A stretch of DNA of 64,000 bases, taken from a bacterium. GTDB taxonomy: Bacteria > UBA8248 > JACPRG01 > G963555815. This document shows positions 58,912-64,000 of the stretch, one piece after another. The translations under genes were made by a program, and so were the position numbers. The notes beneath the pieces were generated by a model. It was not told the DNA's origin. It did no database searches and worked only from the letters and a program-made list of their open reading frames with translations. The stretch is from NCBI GenBank assembly GCA_965218795.1, contig OZ244653.1, forward strand, positions 4,634,472 to 4,698,471. Direction: 5' to 3'. Every line of letters starts with the position of its first letter. Within the stretch, counting starts at the first letter, position 1.

Positions 58912-59141
58912 CGCGCCTCCCTCCTCCGTCCGTCCCCTCCGTCGTCCGAGGTCGAGACCCGCCGCCGCGCCGAGGCCCAGGTCTCCAGGTCGGCGAGCAG
59001 GTAGCGCACCCGGGCCCCGAACCGGTGGAACACCGGTCCCTCGCCGCTCACCCGGTAGCGGTCCAGGGTCCTCGGCGAGAGGCCCAGCCATGCGGCCGCC
59101 TCCCGCGTGCTCATGTAATGCCTGCCGTTGTTGTCGCTCAT
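58908..59141 (-). CDS. Small HTH DNA-binding protein (AlpA/excisionase-like, MerR-type HTH)
   Basis: 77 aa. ..MSTREAAAWLGLSPRTLDRYRVSGEGPVFHRFGARVRYLLADLETWA.. is a typical AlpA/Xis-like HTH. Lies directly upstream of the tra operon. Confidence 0.6.
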   Translation of the reverse strand: MSDNNGRHYMSTREAAAWLGLSPRTLDRYRVSGEGPVFHRFGARVRYLLADLETWASARRRVSTSDDGGDGRRREAR

Positions 59142-59144
59142 GCA

Positions 59145-59636
59145 CTTGTCTCCTTCTCGCTTGTGGGTGGATGAACCGGGCCGGAACGCCCCGGCAAGAG
59201 GGTTCTTGTCCGTCACCCCGGCGCGGATGGCCCGGGCCTCTTCCGCGCTCGCATGGGCCGCCATCCAGGCGCGCACCCGATCGACCGTGGTCAGCCGCGG
59301 CGACACTCCCCGGCGCAGCCTTCCCACGAAGGACGGATTGCCGGCGGCCTCCAGGCCCAATACCGAGAGCTTGGTCCCGGTCACGGCCAGGAATGCCTCG
59401 ACCTCGCGCCGGAACACAGGACCCAGGGGCGGATCCCCCATGAAGACCAGCACCCGGTCCGCCGTGGCCAGCCGCAGCGAACGCCCCCGCATCTGGGAGG
59501 CCACGAAACCCGGGTCCCCGAGGGCTTCCATGCCGAAGCGCCGGGCGCTCATGCCGTGGCGTGCGCGCCAGGCCGCAACGGTCCGGCGGAGGCGCTCGTC
59601 GAAAGGCATATCGGAGGGGGTGCCAGGCGTTGTCAT
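59145..59636 (-). CDS. Putative regulator with an internally duplicated ~38-aa motif
   Basis: Two repeats, SARRFGMEALGDPGFVASQMRGRSLRLATADRVLVFM and TKLSVLGLEAAGNPSFVGRLRRGVSPRLTTVDRVRAWM. Same frame and operon as the HTH gene. Function unknown. Confidence 0.4.
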
Positions 59637-59639
59637 GTG

Positions 59640-59784
59640 CATGAAAATAAAGGGGAGATTCGCGCTTGATAATAGGTATAAATAGTGTATAACCTGCAGT
59701 TGGATTACATTCGTATGCACGTCCGCGGTGGAATGCGCGGGGGTGCGGCAAAAAACCGGGGAGACGGCAGGTGGAAGGGAAAGG
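59640..59784. promoter_or_regulatory. AT-rich divergent intergenic region between the regulator operon (-) and the S24 repressor gene (+)
   Basis: Sharp local GC drop (..catgaaaataaaggggagattcgcgcttgataataggtataaatagtgtataacctgcagttggattacattcgtatgcac..), the only such region among the tra regulators. A likely promoter/operator site. Confidence 0.4.
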
Positions 59785-60528
59785 ATGAACCTAGAGGGAA
59801 AGACGGACGAAAGGGAGGCGATCAGGCGCGACCCGGTCCGGCTCAGGCTGAGGGACCAGCTCCGGCGCAACGACCTCACTCTCGCCGCCGCGTCGCTGGC
59901 CATCGGTCGTAACAAGACCTATCTGCAGCAGTACGTGGACCGCGGGGTGCCCGCGGTCCTCGGCTATCGCGACAGCGAGGCCCTGGCCGACCTGCTCGGC
60001 TGCGGTCCCGGGCAGCTGCGACACGAGACCGTGCCCAAACGCAGGCCCATGAAGCGCAGACGGCCCCGGCCGCCGGCCGGGCTTCCCGGCGCCCCGGTGG
60101 CGGCCATCCCGGAGATCGCGGTGGAGGCCGGGGCCGGGGCGGGAGCGCTTGCCGAGGAGTTCGTCTCCGAGACGGCGCGCTGGCACTGGCCGGAGAACAT
60201 GCTCCGCTACGAGGGCGGCACGGCGCCCGAGAACGTGCGCATCCTCAGGGTGCGGGGCAACTCGATGCAGCCGGAGATGCGCGAGGGCGACCGGATCGTG
60301 GTGGACGTCTCGCGCCGTTTGCCGTCAACGGGGGAGACGTTCGTGCTGTGGGACGGCAACGGGCTGGTGGTCAAGCAGGTCGAGGCGGTGCAAAGCCATG
60401 GGGCGGGCGAGGACAAACCGCCCCGGCTCAGGCTGATCTCCGCCAACCCGGACTACGCCCCCTACTCATGCCTCGCCCAGGACGTCCACGTCCTCGGCAA
60501 GGTGTTGTGGGTGGTAAGAAGGGTGTGA
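59785..60528 (+). CDS. LexA/CI-type repressor with C-terminal S24 peptidase domain (SetR-like)
   Basis: N-terminal HTH (..DLTLAAASLAIGRNKTYLQQYV..). C-terminal S24 catalytic elements (..VRGNSMQPEMREGDRIVVD.. and ..LVVKQVE..). Confidence 0.8.
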   Translation: MNLEGKTDEREAIRRDPVRLRLRDQLRRNDLTLAAASLAIGRNKTYLQQYVDRGVPAVLGYRDSEALADLLGCGPGQLRHETVPKRRPMKRRRPRPPAGLPGAPVAAIPEIAVEAGAGAGALAEEFVSETARWHWPENMLRYEGGTAPENVRILRVRGNSMQPEMREGDRIVVDVSRRLPSTGETFVLWDGNGLVVKQVEAVQSHGAGEDKPPRLRLISANPDYAPYSCLAQDVHVLGKVLWVVRRV

Positions 60529-60717
60529 GCGCATGGGTCCGGGAATCAAGGGAGGCGTGGACCGGGACGGTCGAACCCTTGCACATGCTTCCGGGTGGTC
60601 ATACGGATCGAACCCGTCACCGCCTTGACCCGCATACAGGGAACCGGTCCATGATGGAAGCGCACTGGCGTTCCGATCCACGATCGCCTATATTTCTTCC
60701 AGAATGGAGGAAGCATA

Positions 60718-61341
60718 ATGGCGACGAGCATTGTGTCCCAGACCCTGTCGGCGAACGAGGCGGCCTGTGTGACCGGCGTTCCCCTGAAACAGGTCCACCG
60801 CATCATCGACGCTGGCCTGTTGGGCAGCGCCGCCACAAACCACAAGGGCTCCCGTGTCGTCCTTCGCGACGGCTTGGTGGGCCTGAAGCTCGCCCACGAG
60901 ACGACGGACACCCTCACCCTCGATGGACGCCGCCGGCTCGTGCGCTATCTCCTCGACAATCCGGAGGCCCGGGCGGCCCGTGAGAGCCACGTTTCCGTGG
61001 ACGTACGGCTCATGAAGGGCGAAGTCCGGCGAGGGCTTTCCACGCTGGCAAGGGCGCGGAAGATGATCGCGGCCGACAAGGCCGTACTCTCCGGCGCCGC
61101 GTGCATTAAGGGAACCCGCATACCCGCTCACGATATCGCCGAAATGCTCGCCAACGGCGACGGCGTTCACGCAATCCGCGACGCCTACCCGGCGCTCACT
61201 GGTGCACAGATCGAAGCCGCGGTCCTCTATGCCCGGGCCTACCCGCGCCGTGGCCGTCCCCGTGGCGAGCCCTTCTGGCGCAACCGAAAGCCGGTCATCT
61301 CGAGCGAGGTCGCCTTCCACGAGCTGCCTCCGACCCGGTGA
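60718..61341 (+). CDS. DUF433-domain protein (putative antitoxin of a DUF433/DUF5615 pair)
   Basis: C-terminal ..GAACIKGTRIPAHDIAEMLANGDGVHAIRDAYPALTGAQIEAAVLYA.. is the DUF433 signature. Its stop overlaps the start of the next gene. Confidence 0.7.
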   Translation: MATSIVSQTLSANEAACVTGVPLKQVHRIIDAGLLGSAATNHKGSRVVLRDGLVGLKLAHETTDTLTLDGRRRLVRYLLDNPEARAARESHVSVDVRLMKGEVRRGLSTLARARKMIAADKAVLSGAACIKGTRIPAHDIAEMLANGDGVHAIRDAYPALTGAQIEAAVLYARAYPRRGRPRGEPFWRNRKPVISSEVAFHELPPTR

Positions 61342-61600
61342 AGTTTCTGATCGACGAATGTCTGAGCCCCACGCTCGCGACCATCGCCCGAAAACAAGGG
61401 TTCCCGCAATCGACGCACGTGAGCTGGCTCGGGTTGAGGTCCAGGAAGGACTGGCTCCTCGTCCGGCGCGCGATCCGGGACGGGTATGTGCTCGTGACGA
61501 ACGACACGGCGGATTTTACGTCGCTGATGGAGCGGGAGCACCGCCATCCCGGTCTGGTCTGCATGAACGTGGCGCATGGCCTCATGAGCCTCGACGTGCA
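61338..61600 (+). pseudogene. DUF5615 (PIN-like, Mut7-C-type) putative toxin, 3' end cut by IS3-family insertion
   Basis: MKFLIDECLSPTLA...VLVTNDTADF.. is a typical DUF5615 N-terminus. The IS sequence begins at 61601 after ..MSLDVH. Only GKCFQ* follows in frame on the far side of the IS. Confidence 0.65.
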
Positions 61601-62786
61601 TGGAGTTGCCCCGTTTTTGTGGACACCTTCAGACTGTGCGGAGGAGGTGTTCAGATGGCGAGAACTCATTCACCCTACGCGCCGGAATACCGGCGCCAGA
61701 TGGTTGAGTTGGTTCGCTCGGGAGACCGGCTCGGTCCGGGCGAAGTCTTCGAACTCGTGAAGGCGAATCAGGCCTGCCATCGGGTGGCCACGATGTGCCG
61801 TCGGCTGGGTGTCTCCCCAGCGGATACTACGCGTGGCGAAGCCGTGGGCGTTCGAATCGTGCGAAGCGCGACGAGGAGCTGCGCGGCACGATCCGGGCCA
61901 TCCACGAGGGCTCTGGTGGCACCTATGGGGCGCCTCGGGTCCATGCCGAACTCGTGGCCAACGGGCGCCGGGTGAGCCGCAAACGGGTGGCTCGGCTGAT
62001 GCGCGAGTCGGGCTTGGCCGGGGTGAGCCGGCGCCGAGGCACGGGTACTACGCGCGTGGACCCGAGCCATCGTGCGGTCCCGGACCGGGTCGAACGCCAG
62101 TTCCAGGCCGATGGGCCGGACCGAATCTGGGTGGCCGACATCACCTACGTGCCGACCTGGACGGGGTTCGTGTACCTGGCCATCGTGCTCGACGTGTTCA
62201 GCCGCCGGGTGGTGGGATGGTCCATGACCCACCATCTTCGCACCGAACTGGTGCTCGGGGTCCTGAACATGGCGTTGGGACAGCGCCGCCCCCAAGGGGT
62301 CGTACATCACTCCGACCAGGGCTCGCAGTACACCTCGCTTGCCTTTGGGAAGCGGTGCCGGGAGATGGGGGTGGTTCCGTCGACCGGGTCGGCCGGGGAT
62401 TGCTTCGACAACGCCATGGCCGAGAGCTTCTTCGCCACGCTGGAGTGCGAGCTCATCGACCGGCGCTCGTTCCGTACCCAGGCCGAAGCGCGCATGGCGA
62501 TCTTCCAATTCATCGAAGGCTGGTACAACCCACGCCGTCGTCATTCGGCCCTGGGTTACCTCAGCCCCAACGACTTCGAACGCGCCGTGGCGAAGGAAAC
62601 GCCACGTGCAGTGCGCAACGCTCATCGTCCGGCTCGAACCGTCCCCGGTGCTTCCCGGAGCAGCGAGCCGGGGGTACCCTATCTACATCTACCGGATAGG
62701 GAGAAGACTTTACGTCCACCGGCTTTCGCCCACCGCAGGACTGGTGGCGACAGCCCAAACCCGTCCACTGAAACGGGGTAAATCCA
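61601..62786 (+). mobile_element. IS3-family insertion sequence, short (1.19 kb) internally deleted derivative
   Basis: About 22-bp imperfect terminal inverted repeats (tggagttgccccgtttttgtgg / ccactgaaacggggtaaatcca). OrfA is reduced to about 25 aa of HTH fused to the OrfB N-terminal region. OrfB (DDE) is intact in its own frame. Confidence 0.75.
61795..62781 (+). CDS. IS3-family transposase OrfB (DDE integrase core)
   Basis: ..SGYYAW...TYGAPRVHAEL...RIWVADITYVPTWTGFVYLAIVLDVFSRRVVGW...HHSDQGSQYTS...YNPRRRHSALGYLSP.. are classic IS3 OrfB motifs. Confidence 0.85.
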   Translation: MPSAGCLPSGYYAWRSRGRSNRAKRDEELRGTIRAIHEGSGGTYGAPRVHAELVANGRRVSRKRVARLMRESGLAGVSRRRGTGTTRVDPSHRAVPDRVERQFQADGPDRIWVADITYVPTWTGFVYLAIVLDVFSRRVVGWSMTHHLRTELVLGVLNMALGQRRPQGVVHHSDQGSQYTSLAFGKRCREMGVVPSTGSAGDCFDNAMAESFFATLECELIDRRSFRTQAEARMAIFQFIEGWYNPRRRHSALGYLSPNDFERAVAKETPRAVRNAHRPARTVPGASRSSEPGVPYLHLPDREKTLRPPAFAHRRTGGDSPNPSTETG

Positions 62787-63444
62787 GGGGCAAGTGTTTC
62801 CAGTAACGAACGCCGATCTCCGCCAGCGCACAGCGGTTGCGGCGCCCGCGTTGGATCCGGTAGCTTCCGTCGCAATGCTGTTCGCAATAGACCGGATCGT
62901 CAGGACGCAGTCGCGGGCGCGAGCAGGTGCCAAAGTCCTGCTCGGTGAACTTGCATTCGACGGCGACCCGCTTTTCCGGTCCACGGAGCAACACGTCGAT
63001 ACTGGTCGGTCTCGGCTCTTCCAGGCAGTGCACCTCGTACTCGAAGTCCAACGCCGAGCCGCGGTGGTCTTCAAAGAAGGCCGGTCGCCCGCACTCGGCG
63101 GACACATCCCGAAGCAGATCAAGCCGGTCGAAGGCGCGGACCGCCCCGAACACGCTTTGGGTCAGTGCCTGGGAGCTCTTCAGGCTACCAAACCATTTAT
63201 GCCGCTGGTTTTGAGGAATGGCGGCACGGATGTCATTCGCTTTCGACCCATCCGGCGGAACCAAGACCCCCTTCAAGGCGAACTTGTCTGCGAGAACAGG
63301 TGGACGCCCCTGCCGCTTGCCGCCGTCGAGTTCGCCCCTGTGGTGTCGGTTGGCCCAGGTCCACAAAGCCCGGAGCACTGCCTTTTCATAATCGGCATAG
63401 CTCATCATCGCCAATTCTCCACGACGCTCACTTCGTTGACCCAA
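62710..63444 (-). CDS. Hypothetical protein, possible PD-(D/E)xK-type nuclease; last ~25 codons lie inside the IS3 right end
   Basis: 244-aa ORF. ..IDVLLRGPEKRVAVECKFTEQDFG.. gives a D...E.K arrangement. The ORF stop (62710) lies within the IS (which ends at 62786), so the native C-terminus was probably replaced. Confidence 0.45.
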   Translation of the reverse strand: MGQRSERRGELAMMSYADYEKAVLRALWTWANRHHRGELDGGKRQGRPPVLADKFALKGVLVPPDGSKANDIRAAIPQNQRHKWFGSLKSSQALTQSVFGAVRAFDRLDLLRDVSAECGRPAFFEDHRGSALDFEYEVHCLEEPRPTSIDVLLRGPEKRVAVECKFTEQDFGTCSRPRLRPDDPVYCEQHCDGSYRIQRGRRNRCALAEIGVRYWKHLPLDLPRFSGRVWAVATSPAVGESRWT

Positions 63445-63543
63445 TGAAGAAAAGAACGAACAATCTATTCAGTGAGCGCATTCCTGCACACCTCTGCGCA
63501 TGTGTGTCGCAATCGAGCGGCAAGACTGACAATCCGTCTCATA

Positions 63544-63570
63544 CCCGAAGGCCGCGGGTTCGAATCCTGC
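63544..63570 (+). other. tRNA 3'-end-like fragment (T-arm + acceptor 3' strand + CCA) without a 5' half; possible att-site remnant
   Basis: gcggg-ttcgaat-cctgc forms a canonical T-arm with a GTTCGAATC loop, followed by cccgcaa-cca. No complementary 5' acceptor strand or D/anticodon arms can be folded from the upstream 90 nt. Confidence 0.4.
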
Positions 63571-64000
63571 CCCGCAACCAGATGAAACATCGCTAACTTG
63601 TCCACTTAACCATCTTGGCTAACGAATAGATTGATGGTTTCGATGGGCCTTCGGCCCTGGTTTCGATACCCCGGATGGGGTCGTTCGGTGTGGATTCCCG
63701 TTGCAGCCTGCACTCGAATGTTCCCCGCTTACTGCCTGCGGGGACAAGCTCAGTCGGGGGCGGGAATGACAAGACGGGGGGCTGCATGGTCTCTGTTCTG
63801 TCATTCCTGCGCAAGCAGGAATCCAGAGGAGGGGGTCAGCTGGCAGGTTGCCATAGGAATCCGGGGGCAGGCCCCGATACGTTGTCCAGTTCGCGCCAAC
63901 TCCAGAACGCTCAGTCGGTGCTCGGCCGGCTCGCCGCCGCGCGCTTCCCATCCCATCTCACCTTTGACAGCCTCCTTATTCAGTATGAAATAGCACGGAA

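Larger units (their letters stand above)
22817..63570. mobile_element. Putative integrated conjugative element (ICE) or integrated plasmid remnant, F-type T4SS, with defence and IS cargo; boundaries provisional
   Basis: Content switches abruptly after the acyl-CoA dehydrogenase (VapC remnant at 22826). A contiguous MOBF relaxase + T4CP + MPF_F gene set sits at 38976-58911. SetR-like repressor, TA module and IS elements follow, then a tRNA 3' fragment at 63544-63570. No integrase is seen inside the window. Confidence 0.4.

Noticed and set aside
62794-63447. 217-aa + strand ORF after the IS3 element
   Set aside because: It is antisense to the more protein-like 62710-63444 minus-strand ORF and reads through from IS sequence.
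63470-63570. A complete tRNA gene ending at 63570
   Set aside because: Only a T-arm, acceptor 3' strand and CCA can be folded. No complementary 5' acceptor strand, D-arm or anticodon arm exists in the preceding ~90 nt.
1-64000. CRISPR arrays
   Set aside because: No run of regularly spaced short direct repeats was seen anywhere. The only tandem or direct repeats are the 18-, 21- and 38-bp duplications inside coding sequence.

Overview
This is a high-GC (about 65-70%) bacterial window, probably proteobacterial, that falls into three parts. All product assignments come from by-eye motif recognition on the supplied ORF translations; no searches were run. (1) 1-22816 is a catabolic gene cluster built around amidohydrolase-superfamily enzymes: four amidohydrolases, a carbon-nitrogen hydrolase, two xanthine-dehydrogenase-family Mo-binding large subunits, a UbiD-family decarboxylase, a BMP-family (nucleoside-type) ABC transporter with two paralogous binding proteins, an alpha/beta hydrolase, an enoyl-CoA hydratase, an LLM-class flavin oxidoreductase, an acyl-CoA dehydrogenase and a decayed HD-GYP fragment. 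This looks like a pathway for an N-heterocyclic substrate (purine, pterin or triazine-like). (2) 22817-38520 is an accessory defence-like island: a VapC-toxin remnant at the junction, then a HEPN(Swt1-like)-SNF2 helicase translationally coupled to a sacsin-like GHKL ATPase whose reading frame breaks near 28555 and which is cut by an IS. After two identical IS1380-family copies (about 28940-30645 and 33440-35144, direct orientation) bracketing a lower-GC flotillin (SPFH) cargo, there is a 5'-truncated RecD-like SF1 helicase with a C-terminal nuclease-like domain, read as a chimeric ORF from the right end of IS copy 2. (3) 38537 to about 63570 is the body of an F-type (MPF_F, SXT/R27-like order) conjugative element. 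It carries a TrwC/TraI-like relaxase-helicase, a TraD coupling protein, TraG(N), TraH, a TrbB-like thioredoxin protein, TraN, TrbC, TraU, TraW, a TrhF-like signal peptidase, TrbI, TraC (in three frames), TraV, TraB, TraK, TraE and TraL (frame-broken). These are followed by HTH regulators, a LexA/CI(SetR)-like S24 repressor, a DUF433/DUF5615 toxin-antitoxin pair hit by a short IS3-family element, an IS3 remnant, a possible PD-(D/E)xK protein and a partial tRNA 3'-end-like fragment that may mark an att site. No integrase and no convincing pilin gene are visible. The many frame breaks in tra genes point either to a decaying element or to assembly indel errors in GC-rich homopolymers.
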